From contig NW_024704743.1 in the NCBI RefSeq assembly GCF_018977255.1, forward strand, positions 47,556,001 to 47,620,000: DNA of 64,000 nucleotides. Reading direction: 5' to 3'. Positions 36,945-50,575 of the stretch are shown piece by piece. Source of the stretch: Callorhinchus milii. Taxonomy: Eukaryota. Below the pieces are notes generated by a model. That model had not been told where the DNA came from. It searched no databases and saw only the letters and a list, made by a program, of their open reading frames with translations. The first letter of the stretch is position 1. The number at the start of each line of letters is the position of its first letter. A program made the position numbers and the translations under genes.

Positions 36945-37340
36945 ATAATAATCCTAACATTTGGTATAGTGCCTTTCACATTGGGAGGGGTCCAAAGCGC
37001 TTCACAGGATATACTGTAAAGTGCAGTGAGTGTTTGTAGTTGTTTGTTGTGTGTTTGTGGCCAAATGTAGCAGCCGATCGGCTCAAAACAGTATACCACG
37101 AACAGCCATGTAGTGAATTACCTATAACACTAAAGAAACCTGTGAGGTCTTTAATGTCCACCTGAACAGGCAGTTTAATGTCTCATTAGATGGACGGCAA
37201 CTCGACAATGCAGCACACCCTCAGCGCTGCATTGGAGTGTCATCTTAGGCTATATGAGATCCAAATCCCAGCGTGGGGCTTGAACCCACAACTTTCTGAC
37301 TCGGAGATGAAAGAGCTACCAACTGAACAAGCTGACACAA
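36945..37340 (-). mobile_element. Deu-domain SINE
   Basis: tctttaatgtccacctgaacaggca..ggggcttgaacccacaactttctgactc. Confidence 0.78.
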
Positions 37341-39482
37341 ACTGATAACACAGTTGTACAGTCTATAGTGCTGTGCGTAAATAGCTGAGTAAAGGTATGG
37401 TATTACGATTCACACAAGCTTGCTGTATTCTGTACATCTTTCCATCTAACAAGCCACTGCTGCTACAAATATGTGGAACTGGATCTTAATGATTGTGATA
37501 CTCTCTTCAACTGTGTTGTTTCACCATCTAGTCCTGCATAGATTAATTAAGTTCATGCCCTCGCATCTCCCTACCTATCCGATTTGTTTACCCCCCACTC
37601 CACTAACTGCTGCTTCTACTCGTCCGGCTGTGGCTTCCTGTTCGTCCCTCGCTCCCTCCGCTCCACCATCTGCGGTTGTGCTTTCAGCCACTAGACCCTT
37701 GAAGCTCTGGAATTCCCTAAATCCCTCCGCCTTACCCCCTCCCTCCCCTGATAGGCAATTGTGATCCTATTGATTGTTTGGTATCTAATCCTGAACAAGT
37801 CATTTGAAATTATTAATTAGCTTCCTGCAAGATGTGACAAGGCAACAAAAGCAAAAAGACTTATTGGAACAAAATTCTACAGTCAAAATGTATTTGGTTA
37901 GCATTGCCGGAGGTATCAAGTCAACCTTGAAAGTAAACATTTGGTTTAGAGAGTATCCAAGGTTCATGTCCCCTCCACAGCACTCAATGCCCAATCTTGT
38001 GTATCTTGTCAGTGTATCATTTTTACATTTGAATTTGTACAGTTGAAAAAGACCATCAATCATTTGATTTTTTTTCCAGAGTGCATATCCTATCATCTTC
38101 AATCAAACAGCTTTTTACATATATCCGGGTTCTTAGCATCAACTAGGGACCTGGTAACCCTGTTAATTACACATGTTAACACCTGTTACCTACTCCCGTG
38201 AAAAAAAAAGTGTTTCCTTTTTTCTTTCCTCAAAATGCCCTTCACAACCCTCAACTTAGAATCATAGAATCATACAGCACAGAAAGAGGCCATTTGGCTC
38301 ATCGCATCTATGCCGGCTCCTAAAAGAGCAATCCAACTCAATCCCAGGCCCGCTTTCTTTCCATAGCCCTGCAATCCTTGTCCCCTCATGTCATGCTGCC
38401 TTGGTGCATCTGAGTTTTATTTTAATTTAAAAAGTCATTAGGAAGAAGCAACTAACACAGTTTGACTCGCACATAATCTTCAAATTATTATTGAGATGTT
38501 GCTAATATTTTACATTCTAGGCCCTCAAGTATTGTTCTGGGTTTTTTTCTCTATCCCATTTAGCATCTTGTAGATCACGCCTGAAAACCTTCCTTTGCGA
38601 CCATGTAAAGTCACCTTCCCTCTCTCTGGCTCTGTGCCAAGCTCTGCCATTATTATGTGTTGTGAGACCTTAAAAAGCTACCTTGAAAAATTTCAGCTAC
38701 TGTGGTATGGTGGAAGGGCAGATACATGGGGCTGAAAGGATTGCTCTTGAAGAAGCTGGAACAGACACAGTGGCCGAATGGCCTTCTTCTGTACCATAAA
38801 TTTCTATGGGGACGTTGCCCTGCGTGCTATGTAAAACAAGTTGTTATTGTATACCTCTATAAGATCCCCAAATAATAATAATATATCTTTTTACTGGCCT
38901 CAACAGATTGTTTATTTAATCATTCTTGTATCTTATCTCTTGAACTGGAGATCAACGATGTTGCTCTTTGCACTGCCTCCAATTGTTTATAATATAATAT
39001 TTATAGATACTATAAATATATTTATAATATAGTTTCACCCACAAAATATACAATTGCTACACTTTACGGGAATATTCTGTGAAGTGGTTTGAGGCGTCTC
39101 AATGGCATGATATGGCGTTAAATCAAATGCAAGGATTAATATCATTAATCAGTGATCTGTATACAGTACTCCAGGCATGTCATAACCAGAGCACTGTACA
39201 AGTTGAACATGACTTCTGGGACCTTTCAACTCAACTGATTTGGAACTGTAGCCCAGAGTCCTGGTTGCCTTGTGTTATTGCTGCCTCATACTGCTTTGAC
39301 ATGGTTATTGAAGAGGTAACTAATTTCTTTAAGCTTCCTCCCTCCTTGTGAATTTCTGTTCCATCCAAAGAGAGTGCCTCCTATTTTTATTTCCTATTTG
39401 AACTATCCAACAAAACATAAAAATGTTTCTGTGAACTTAATCTCAAAAGACTGATGTGTAAGCACCACAAATAATTTCATCA

Positions 39483-39652
39483 AAACGCAAAACAATGTAA
39501 ATGCTGGAAATCTGGAACGCAAATAGAAATCCCTGGGAACAATCAGCAGGACAGACAGCATCTGTGGAGAAAGGAAAGAAGGAAAAACCGTTCTGATGAA
39601 GGGTTGTGGACCCGAAACGTTGACTCACTTTCCTTTCTCCACAGATGTTGAC
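39483..39652 (+). mobile_element. Penelope-type remnant with hammerhead-ribozyme-like core
   Basis: ctgatga-a-gggt-tgtgg-accc-gaaac-gtt at 39593-39621, flanked by a perfect 20-bp inverted repeat. Confidence 0.6.
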
Positions 39653-40044
39653 AAATAATTTCAATGTTTTTGGATGTTTCAAATGGCTTTCATGTTTTAT
39701 GATGCCTTTGGCCATTCAGTGGACTTCAGCAAATGATATTTTCATGTGGATTAGACGTAACCTGTTGCAGCTTTCTAAAACAACTGAGAAGGGTGTGAAC
39801 ATTACACACAAGCACCAAATATTTAATCATTGTAAGAGTTACTGAGGAAATAAAATGGCAACATAAAAGGTTGAAGGAAGTGTATGTCAGAGAAATTGTA
39901 CTGTGAACCCAATGCTTTTCCTGCAGTCATCAATATAGATCACAGTATGTTAGAGGGACAGTGCTCTGTTAGAGCAGCAGAATTCTAAACTAATTTGGAT
40001 TCACATTTTCTAGGTTTGTAGATCTCTCATTTAGCTTTTAGCCG

Positions 40045-40460
40045 TAATCCTTGTATTTAATATAGCTCCTTACATGTCAGGATGTCTCAAAGTGCTTCAC
40101 AGGATTTTCTATAAAGTTTAGTAACTATTTTGACAGCAAAGGTGGCAGATGTTTTGCACACAGTAATGTTCCAGAAACAGCTGTGAAGTGAATGACCAAT
40201 TTTTTATCTGACGGATTGTTGATTGGGACACCGGGATAAACACCCTTCTGATTTCAAATGAGTTCTTTAACATCCACCTGAACAGGTAGAGAGTACCTCG
40301 GTTAATGTCTTCTCTGAAGGACGGCACCTCCAACAATCCGGGCACTCCTCCGGAATTTGAGTGTGAATCTAGACTGAGTTGAAAATCGCAGTGTGGAGTT
40401 TGAACTCACAACTTTCTGACTCTGATGCAAAAGTGCTACAAGCTAAGTAAAGCTGACATT
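40045..40460 (-). mobile_element. Deu-domain SINE
   Basis: ctttaacatccacctgaacagg..cctcggttaatgtct..gaaggacggcacctccaacaa. Confidence 0.78.
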
Positions 40461-40879
40461 TCTTAGTTCTCTGTTCGTTGGCAAGAGCATAGTTCTTCAA
40501 TGAAAATCTAAGTTATAATTTTAATGTTTTGGAATATTGATGTTGCTATCTTAGTAAGGTGCTGTTGTTCTTCAATACTGTATTGATTGAATATTAATAT
40601 GTTTGTATTTCGACTATTAACCTGCTGTATTTTTTTACAATGCTTATTCGTTTTAATTGACAATAATGACCTGTGAGTGTTAGTCCTTTATACTGACCAT
40701 TTCGCTGATTCAGATCAGCCAATGCCAATATTCTGCACAGGGCTGACTGAACACCTTTCAGGTGTCCTTAATCTAAGATTGTTCCACTTAGTAGTGTGCT
40801 ATTTAGCAATGGTAACTGGGAGAGTATATGCAATCTTTCAATGTTATCTGGTTCAGAAATGTGACACTTCATAAATGGG

Positions 40880-41690
40880 AAGGAATTTGAGAGGATGGGG
40901 GCATTGTTGCTGATGGCTGAGCCACTGATCGGTGGGGCAGGGATGTGTAGCATGCCTGAATTTGCCAAGCAGAGTGGGCAAGTAGAGTGTGGTAAGATAA
41001 AATCACAGCGATTGGGAGGCGTAAGGAAGTGAAGGAATTTATTGCTGATCATGAAATAAATCTTTTGGGAGACCCGGAGCCAGTTAAGCCTGGCAACAGC
41101 TTGAGTGATCGGCATGTGGAGGTTGGTACAGATGAAGATATAGACAGAAGAGTTTTGCATGGAGCTGGAACTTGTGGATGGTGGGACAAGGAAGTTGATC
41201 GATAGGTAACAAAGGCATGAGGGTTTCAGTGGTGTTTTATGTGAAATAGGGACAGAGGCAGGCAATGTGGCAAATGTGAAAAAAAGCGATCTTGATCAGG
41301 GACTGAATATGAGAAATTAAGGAGAGCTGAGGATTGAACCAAACAACGAGATTGCACTAAAATAAAAACAGAAGTCACTCGGAACACTCAGCAGTTCTGG
41401 AAGCATCTATGGAGAAACAAAAGTGAGATAATGTTTCTAGTCAATGACCCTTTGTCAGAACTGACATGTTGTCAGAACCAAAATTGCATGATGATTTGGT
41501 GGGTTTGAGATGGAGGTCAAAGAGGTCAGAGCCAGAGGTGAAGAGAAATTGGTAGGAGCTGAGCAGGATGGCTTCTATCTTACCTATGTTGAGCTGCAAG
41601 AAATTCAGGCTTATGCCGGCCTTGATATCTGGCAGACATGTGGTCAGAACATTAGGAGACTGGAATCAAGAACAGAAGTAAGTGCATACA
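40880..41690 (-). mobile_element. Very decayed L2, interrupted by a Penelope-type remnant (about 41358-41465)
   Basis: Minus-strand VARLNWLRVSQKIYFMI. Insert: cactcagcagttctggaagcatctatggag..gtttctagtcaatgaccctttgtcagaact. Confidence 0.55.
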
Positions 41691-42553
41691 TGAAACAGTG
41701 CCTGACTGCTCCTGCATTGTGCTGTTCCTGTGGGATTTCAATCACAATGATTCAATTTGACTCACGATGATAGGATTTGAAACTTGTTGATAAGATTTCG
41801 ATTTTTAGGCACAAAATGTCAGGGTAGATGACTGATTGGGTCATAAGCTGCGCCAATAGAAAATCGTGGCTGCAATTTTTTTTCGCTGAATCCGTGAAAA
41901 CAACTCCCCCACCACCACCCCCACACACACACACAAAAGAGTAAAAGTGAAGTTTGCTTAACGCTCGAATCTCTGTGTGGTGGCGGGTCCCCAGAGGCAG
42001 TAGGTGGTGACCTTCCGGAGCACCGCAGTCAGGACACTGGTGATCATGGCAAACAGTGCTGGTGTTCAGCAGAACTCCAGGTTTCCATTTGTAATGAAGG
42101 GTGGAAACGAGCCATTTGGCCCTTCAGGCCTGCACTGATGTTTCTCCCTCCGAGTGGGCCACATAGAATTTTGTTAAACAAAACACTAATATTTGTTGTT
42201 TTACAACATTCTATGATGTATTACTTCTTTGTGTTTAGTTTTTATCTTTAATGTCTCTCTTTCGTCTTTAGTGTTTAGTTTTTATCATTAAAATGTGCTT
42301 CTCAATAGCACCAATCAACTCTCCATAATTTTCTGCTAAATTTGTAAAAAAAAATCCCTGAAATTTTTGGCAAATATTCTGCCAATTTCTATTGCCGCTG
42401 GTCATAAGAAAACCTGCAATATACTGAAGAGGTTATCCTGTATTATGTTGGTAGTGGATTTAAGTTTCTGATATGTTTAGAGATTTAGAGATAAGTTATG
42501 AGAATAGTTATTTATCAAGGGTTTATCTATAATTGTTATCATTCTGGTGTCAT

Positions 42554-42990
42554 TGTCAGGCTGGCTCAGTGATAGCACTTTCGGCTCTGAGTCAGAAGGC
42601 TGTGGGTTCAAGCCCTACGTCGGGACTTGGAATCACATAGTCTAAGCTGACACTACAATGCGGTGCTGGAGGTTTGTTGCGTTATGAGGTGCCGTCCTTT
42701 GGATAAGACGTAAATCCAAGGTCCTGTCTGCCCCTTCAGGTGATTTAAAGATCCCATGCCACTATTTCAAAAAGAGAACAGAGTTTCTCCCAGTGTTCTG
42801 GCCAAATTCCTCAAATTAAAATTGATTACTCACACCATGGCTGTTTGTGGGTTATTGCTGTGCGCAAACTTGCTACCACATTTTTGCCCAAGAGACACAG
42901 TCAAATCACTTTACAGCATATCCTGTGAAGCACTTTGAGACATCTCGATGATGTGATAAGGCTCTATATCAAATGCAAGGATTAGTATTA
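42554..42990 (+). mobile_element. Deu-domain SINE, full length
   Basis: Head, Deu core (gaggtgccgtcctttggataagacg..aaagatcccatgccactattt) and tail are all present. Confidence 0.85.
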
Positions 42991-43761
42991 ATCATATTAA
43001 ATAGGCAGGATTAATGTACAATATAAAACAGTGTGTCTGTACACAAATTTATGTTATCTGATTCAAGTTTGAACCATGCCAAATATGGAAGTCTGTTCTT
43101 AACTAGGATCAAGGTCTTCTTGCACTTCTAGTTAATTGTAAGTGAGTGCTGAGGAATTTATTACAAATTTTAATTACAGCTGATTAAAGAAATTAGTTAA
43201 TTTGTCAAGGAAGTGAGGATCGTAGTTTCATTGTTGATCACACACTTAATCAAACTTTGTAAAATATTCTGCTTCATAAGCAATTTTGGGTACAGAAGAC
43301 CACTGAGTATTAATTTCAAACTTAATCATTTCTTGGGTTTATTAGCTGATAGCTGAACATGAATAGCTTGCAATACAATGTCACTGGTGATCCAGTTATG
43401 TCAGAAATTGATTTCATTGCTATCTATTCCATTTGTTTATCGGATGACCTGCAGTGGGAGTGCATTTCTTATGTACATGGGATAAGGAGGGAGGAAGGAA
43501 AAGAGATGGTGGAATTGTCTAGAGATTAAAGGAACAATGTGTGGATGTTGGCCATCAGAATTGTTTTTGCTGTGATACCCCCAAAGATCTACAACAAACA
43601 TCTCACACAAATAATGGGCACTTGAACAAGGTATTCAGGTTGCTCGACACTCCAGAACCCACTGAAAGGAAAGAGCTAGAACTGAGAGGAATAATGTAAT
43701 TTGCAGGAGAAGAAAAGAGGAAAGCAAACTCTTACATGAATATGCTGGAGACCGGAAGTTG

Positions 43762-44218
43762 ATAATAATAATAATCTTCCTTGCATTTCTTGCAGCACTT
43801 TTTACTTCGGGAGGACGTCTCAAAGCATTTCACAGGAATTAAATTTAATAATAAATTAATATGAAGTGAAGTTAATGTATTTGTATGAGAATTCATAGCT
43901 CAGTTGCACATAGCAAAGTCCCACAAATAGCCATAAAACGAAAGGCCAATTTTATTTGGGTCAGGACACCAGAAGAAACTCCCTTCTCTATGTGAGCAGT
44001 GTCATTGGATCTTTAACATCCATCTGAACAGGCAGATGAGAACTTGGTTTAATGTTACATCCGAAAGATGGTATCTCTGACAATGCGATACACCTACAGC
44101 ACTGCATTGGAGTGTCATCTTAGACCAGGTGTGTTCAAGTCCTGATTTACCATTGTAAATCCTTGAATCCACAACCTTCCGACTCAGGCAAGACTGCTGA
44201 GAACCTGAGCCAGACTGA
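43762..44218 (-). mobile_element. Deu-domain SINE
   Basis: Reverse-complement match to 42554-42990. Confidence 0.75.
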
Positions 44219-45164
44219 TGGACAAGATCACAGGTTTGAATAACATTCATCACTTGATATCAAACCTAATACATGCACTAGCAATTTACTGATACTGAAT
44301 CTATAATAATGATAATAAATCTTGCAATTTATGTAGAACCTTTTACATTAGGAGAATGTCTCAAAACACTTCACAGGATTTACTATAAAGTGCAGTGACT
44401 GTATTTTGTAGGCAACTATAGCAGGTAATTTGCACACAGCAATCACCCACAAACAGTCATAAAGTGAACATTTATCTTACATGTGCATGTATTGTAGTCC
44501 AGCATTAATCTTGCTCTCCATGGTGAAAGTGATTTTTTTTTGTTCTGAGTAAGGTGTGACATTGGGTCTGAGCAGATTCCATTTGGAGAACCAGTGGAGG
44601 TGATACCTGTGAGGAGAGGAATTGTTTAAATATTAACCAGTGTGGACTTTTGGAGATATGCACTTCATAATCAGGAAATGTGTTGAAATGTGAGAAATTG
44701 ATGACAGCAATTCTTAATCTTACTACAGTCTTAATACATTGAGAGTAATGGATTCAGTGAACTGCAGGCTTGAACTCAATTCTAATTTATAATATGACAT
44801 TCCACGAGCTTTCATTGTTGCAGCAGTCAGCTTGATCTGGAGTCACAAGACTTATTTAGTACGTTGGTATCAATATACTTCTCGAAAAGAATACTTAAAA
44901 CATTATGCTTTAATGTTGTGCTAATGCCAATGAATCACCTCAGATTTACTCCCAGAACAGCAACCAACCACAGCTCTCCAGACACAGATGTGCAAGAATA
45001 TAATTGTATTGTTGGGTGCTTTTAACATTTTAAGTGGACCTAGTTCAACATTGTTGCATTTTTTTTATTGAAATCTTAGCAACAATGAGCTTCCATTTAA
45101 TTTAACAATAAATAACACCTTTTTAATAGTGTTTATAATTTTAAGTATTCCCAGTGAAAAAGGC

Positions 45165-45388
45165 TCCACTCAGGGAAGCACTAGGCAACTATGGAGACCA
45201 GAAGATTGCAAGTTTGCGTCCTGTAACCTTCAATCTTGTGCTAAATTTACTGTTTGTAGCTGGATCAGCAGTAGGGCACTGTAATTGGTTTGAATGGCTT
45301 TGAGGTAGGGAGAGCAAAATCAGTTATGGTTCATCACCGTTTAGTGACTCCTGGAAGATGGGCATCAGTGAGGCAGGATTTGGCTCAT
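45165..45388 (+). mobile_element. LF-SINE-like fragment
   Basis: cagcagtaggggcactgtaattgg..tagggagagcaaaatcag..tagtgactcctggaa..gtgaggcaggatttggctc. Confidence 0.6.
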
Positions 45389-45634
45389 ATACAAAACCCA
45401 TGGATGAATAGCTGCTGAAACTTATTTTCAAGATACATACAAGCATAATGATTACTGGTAACTAAGTATTGAGGGGGGAGGGAAATTCCTCCATAGAAAA
45501 AAAAATAGCCATTGGATTGGGGAAAGGTGTGAAGATAATTTGGTGAGCAAATTGTATTTGGTGCACACATTTTTTTATCACATACTAGCTGTACCCGTTG
45601 CTGCTACATTTGCAACCAGTTTAATTTAATCAAG

Positions 45635-46000
45635 GTTGTTTAATTGTGAGGTTGGAGGGGTCGAGGCTAGGTTTTTTAAGGAGAGCAGCGATGACCGCAA
45701 TTTTGAGGAGGAGTGGAACAGAAACTGAGGAGAGGGACTGGTGGATTGTGTCAGCCAGCAGTGGGCAGAGGAGGGAGAGTTGAGTGACCAGAAGCTGAGT
45801 GTGTAAGGGTTGAGGCAGCAAGTTGTGGGCTTCATATAGGTGATGGTAAGGGAAAGGGAGGAGGGAGAGATGGGGCAAAGAAGTGTAGGGTGGGGGACAT
45901 GGTAGGAGGGGAAGGTGATGACGAGGCATGGAGTGGAGGGGCGGATAGGCGGAATGAGGAGAGGAGGAGGCAGCCAAATGGATGTTATCTAAGAGATAAA
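45635..46000 (-). mobile_element. Decayed L2 ORF2 internal fragment
   Basis: Minus-strand LCPLLADTIHQSLSSVSVPLLLKIAVIAALLKKPSLDPS. Confidence 0.75.
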
Positions 46001-48794
46001 GAAGTCCAGCACCTCTTTGCACTTGGCATCGGAAGTGGGATCCACAAGTCTTTGTAGACATGGGTATATTTTGTGTCATACCCATATCCTCATCAATATG
46101 TTGATTCTTTCTGCTTCAACCACCAGGTTTCCACATTCTGCATAGATTTCTCCTAATCTCCATTTTAGACCTGGTACTGATTATTTTATATTTATTATAT
46201 TATATTTATATTTATGTCTTACTATCTTATGCTATGGACTCGCCAATGAGTGGAAACAGTCTATTAAGTTCCACCTTGTCAATTCCTTCCATAATTTTAA
46301 ATACCTCCAGCAGGTCCTCTCTCAATCATCTTACAAAGATGGATGAGTGGCAACCTGTGCAATTGTTCTTCACATCTGTAACCACTCATCCATGATAACA
46401 TCTTTGTAAATTTATGCTGCACTCTCCAATGCTACAATATCCTTTGTTTAGTTTGGTGACCAACACTGCACGCAGTAGACTAGGTAATAGGGTGGAAGTT
46501 TTAATGCACAATTATCAATATTGTAACATACCACAAGCTGTATTTTTCACCTGTGAAGTAACTGTTAGCCTTCAGCGCCTTCCCACCCCAGGTATGGACA
46601 GCATCAGTCTACATGGATGCACACTCCACCTGACAGAGCCAGTGTGGAACCTCTGTGTTTTGTTCGATTCTCAGCTATCCTTTAAAACCCTACATCCGCG
46701 CTCTGAACCGTTCAGCTTTCTCCCACATCCACAGCATGAATCGCCATATCAAATGTAAGGATTATTGTTTTGAGATGGTATCCTGTGAGGAAAGTGCTTG
46801 TAAGTGAAAGTTATGCTGTCTAACATTCCTGCAACGTGTTCTTGTTTTTAAAAGGTTTGTTCTACACAGACAAAGGAAGTTTGGTTTATTCAAACCTGCT
46901 CCACCACAGAACAATTTGTTGTGTACTTACTATATACCCCTCTTTGCCCGTCTTCCCCACTTTCTCTCCATAGCCCTTTTATGTTTTTACTCCGCAAGTA
47001 TCTTTGTAGCTCTTAAATCCTTCTCATTTATGATTTTCTGGGCAGTGTATATCAGTTATTATTCTTCATAATAACTCCATAGCCACTACTATGCTTGCAT
47101 GGTAATATAATTGTGGAGTACATTATATATTATAGATTATAATTGTGGAGTATGGTTGTTAGTCAATTGGTGGCTTGCTTTCTTGGGGTAATAATCCCTT
47201 CAAAAATAATAATAATTTGGTCATTTGTGTGACACTGCTGTGCAGAATTGCCTGGTGTATTTCGCGCCCCCAAAATATATAATCAATTCACTTTATAGTG
47301 TATCTGTGAAGCGTTTTGAGACGTGATAAGCCGCTATATCAAATGCAAGGATTATTATATTAGCAGTTATGTAGAAATTAAAAGTGTGGTTGATTTGTCC
47401 AGTGGTGCAGGGGAACGGGAATAAAACTGCAGCAGCACTGTCTTATTACCGTAATATGATGGTAAAACCTAACAACAACTTGCATTTTATAGGGTTCTTC
47501 AGTGCGTAATGTCTCGGAGTGCTTAATAGTGTTGTGGTCTGATGCTGAGCTAGAAAGAGAGAAGAGGTCACTGACAGCACGGTCGAAAAGGAAAGTGTTC
47601 AGGTGTGATATGAAGACTGGAAAAGAGGGGGCAAGACAGAGGGCTTGAGATTGGGAGTTCCAGAGATTCGGGGCATAGTGACTGAAAGCATTGTCGTAGG
47701 TGGGGACTGGGTGGGGTGGGAACGAGGGTCATAGCAAACTACTAATCCAGATAACGCAATCACAATAAATATTTAGACTTGCTAATCTGGATGGCACATG
47801 TGCCTTTTACAAAGTCTATTGGACACAGACACTTGACATTTTAAATGTTACTATATGTGGAATGAGAACAATATTCAGTAAGCAATTAAGCTAATGGAAT
47901 GCAACGAAGATATATGGCTACATTTAGTGGTTAGTTTAGTAGTGCCAATGTACATTAAAAACATAACCTTTGCTAACATGCTGCATTTATCATTATGAAC
48001 GGGATCCCTTGTTTCAAAAAATATTTTTTAATAAGAAGAGGTTCACTGATCTTGAATTAAACGTCCCTCAGTTAATGGGAATGCGCCTTTTGAAAAGACA
48101 TATGCAGTTTAGTCCATTCATTTCACCGTACAAATGTTACATAGTAAACTAATTCAGATAATGTAATCACAGAAATATTTAGTTTTACAATAATAAAATA
48201 ATAAGAATCCTTGCATTTGATATAGCACCTTATTATGTTATTGAGACGTGCTAAATCGCTTCATAGAATATGTTATAAATTGGATTGATTGCGTATTTTT
48301 TGGGGGTGAAATTGCGCACAGCAGTGTCTCACAAACAGCCCTGGATTGAGTGACCATTTTTTTTGGCGGGGAGGGCTTATTACCCCTTGATTGGAAGATT
48401 GCTTTCAACTTGGAGGGGTACACTAATCACGGAGTAGGCATTCTTCCCGCTCGTTCCTGTTAACCCTGCAAGCCAAAGCCCGAATGTGGAGGGAGGTCTG
48501 TGTTTCCAACAAACTCGGTTGCATGAAAACTGCAACTGTTCTACAGATTTGCCTGTAGAGGGCAACATACTTCAATAAAATCCATCCCAAAAGCTTAATG
48601 CCAAAGGTGGTGAATTATTATATTTTTAATAAAAAATAATCCCTGTATTTGGTATAGCGTCTTATCATGTCAGATGGAAGTTTTAAAGCTCTTCACAGGA
48701 ATTACTGTGAAAGGGAGTGACTGTATTTATAGGCAAACTTGAGTCTAACCAACTAAAACTGCAAAGCTCGTCATTGATATTGCTGTCCTGAAAG

Positions 48795-49797
48795 CTTGGT
48801 GACATCATCCGCAGACATGGGGTCAACTTCCACATGTATGCGGATGACACCCAACTCTACCTCTCTGCATCCACCGTTGACTCCAGGACCACTGCTGTGC
48901 TGACAGAATGTCTGTCAGACATCAAGTCCTGGATGAGAACTAACTTTCTACAGTTGAATGTCAACAAGACTGAGGCTCTCCTGATTGGCTCCAGTCAGTG
49001 CCTCCTCACCTCAGGCGCTGACAGCATCACCCTCCATGGTTGCTCACTCCACCTTACTAAGCCGGTCCAGAACCTTGGGGTCTTGTTTGACTCTCAACTA
49101 TCCTTTCTACTCCACATCTGCGCCACGACCTGCTTTGCCTTCCTCCACCTCCGCAACGGCTCCGACACTGTCTCACACTGCAGGCCGCCGAGACCTTCAT
49201 ACATACTTTCATCACATCGAGGCTTAACTATGCAAACTCACAGCTTGTCGGCCTCCCTAACTCCTCCCTCCACAGGCTGCAGATCATCCAGAACTCTGCA
49301 CCCTGTGTCCTCTCCTGCATTAGGTTCCATGACCCTATCACCCCCATCCTTGCCCAACTCCACTGGCTTCCCATCACACAGAGGATACAGTTCAAGATTC
49401 TGGTCCTCACCTTCAAAGCCCTCCACGGTCTTGCTCCCCCTTACCTCTCTAACCTCCTAACTGCCTACCACCCTGTTCCTTCCCTCCGCTCAGAGGGCTC
49501 CAGCCTGCTTCACATCCCCCGCCTTGCTTGGCCCACTATAGGTGGGTGGGCCTTCCACCCTTCTGCACCCACCCTCTGGAACTCCATCCCGCAGTCCCTC
49601 CGACTTACCCCTTCCCTTGCCACCTTCAAGACCCACCTCAAGGCCCTCCTCTTCAACCATGCTTTCGATCTCCCTGCTTCTCCCACTGCCCTCCACCCTC
49701 CCACGCCTCGACCCTCAGCTCGGGTCCGTAACTCTGTCCAGCTCCTTGGGACGTCCTCCCGACATGAAAGGCGCATTACAAATGTCATTTTGTTGTT
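48795..49797 (+). mobile_element. Frameshifted L2, RT to tail
   Basis: [43 protein letters not shown], with L2 tail at 49745-49797. Confidence 0.92.
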
Positions 49798-49799
49798 TT

Positions 49800-50095
49800 T
49801 TTCCCGCTACTTGTCCAGCAAAGATCACCCTACCCGTTAGGGCTGTGGCTTGCAGGGTTAACAGGAGCTGAGTGGGATGACTCCCTGCTCCCAATGACTT
49901 GTCCTTCCAGGTCCTGCAATGAGTCAGGGTGGTTGTGCTGCCATCAGCAGTGCCCTGGGATGCTGCGGATCCGCCTGACTCAATAACCGGACTACCAAGG
50001 ACCGCGACAGAGGGCGGCTCAATTCCAACATTCCATTGCCAGGCATATCACCTTGGAGCCAGTTCAGCTCCAAGGAGACCCCGCTTAGCTCCCCA
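49800..50095 (-). repeat. Unclassified ~0.8 kb repeat, middle portion
   Basis: Reverse complement of about 10035-10322. Confidence 0.65.
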
Positions 50096-50575
50096 CCCAT
50101 CTTTGCTTAAGATTTCATTTGATTTTTATTAAAAAAATTAAAAATCTTGTATTCAATTCAACATTATCAGTACATATGCCACAATTTCGATCAATTTGTG
50201 ATTGAGAAAGTTCCATTTGTGGTGGAATGCTGATTACCGCATACTTTAATCAGCTTTTTGTTCACATTAGTATTGTATAGTATACGTCAGCATTATTAAT
50301 GTTGGTTTAATGTCATACAGTGATCTGTCAATTGGAAAAGCGTTTCCTCTTGGCACCTGTTTGTAGTGTCAGACACACATGACTGGTTGCACTTTTCCAA
50401 GTACAAATGCTGTTTTACATAACATATAAAATATGTGTATGTATTGGTACATAAAATGTTCTTACTAACTAATCCTTCAGTTCAAAATTATATTTCAAAT
50501 GTGTCAACTAATTTTGCCATTTATAAACCATATATCCTAAGTTCATGTGGTATGGGGTAAATTTAATTGTCTGAG

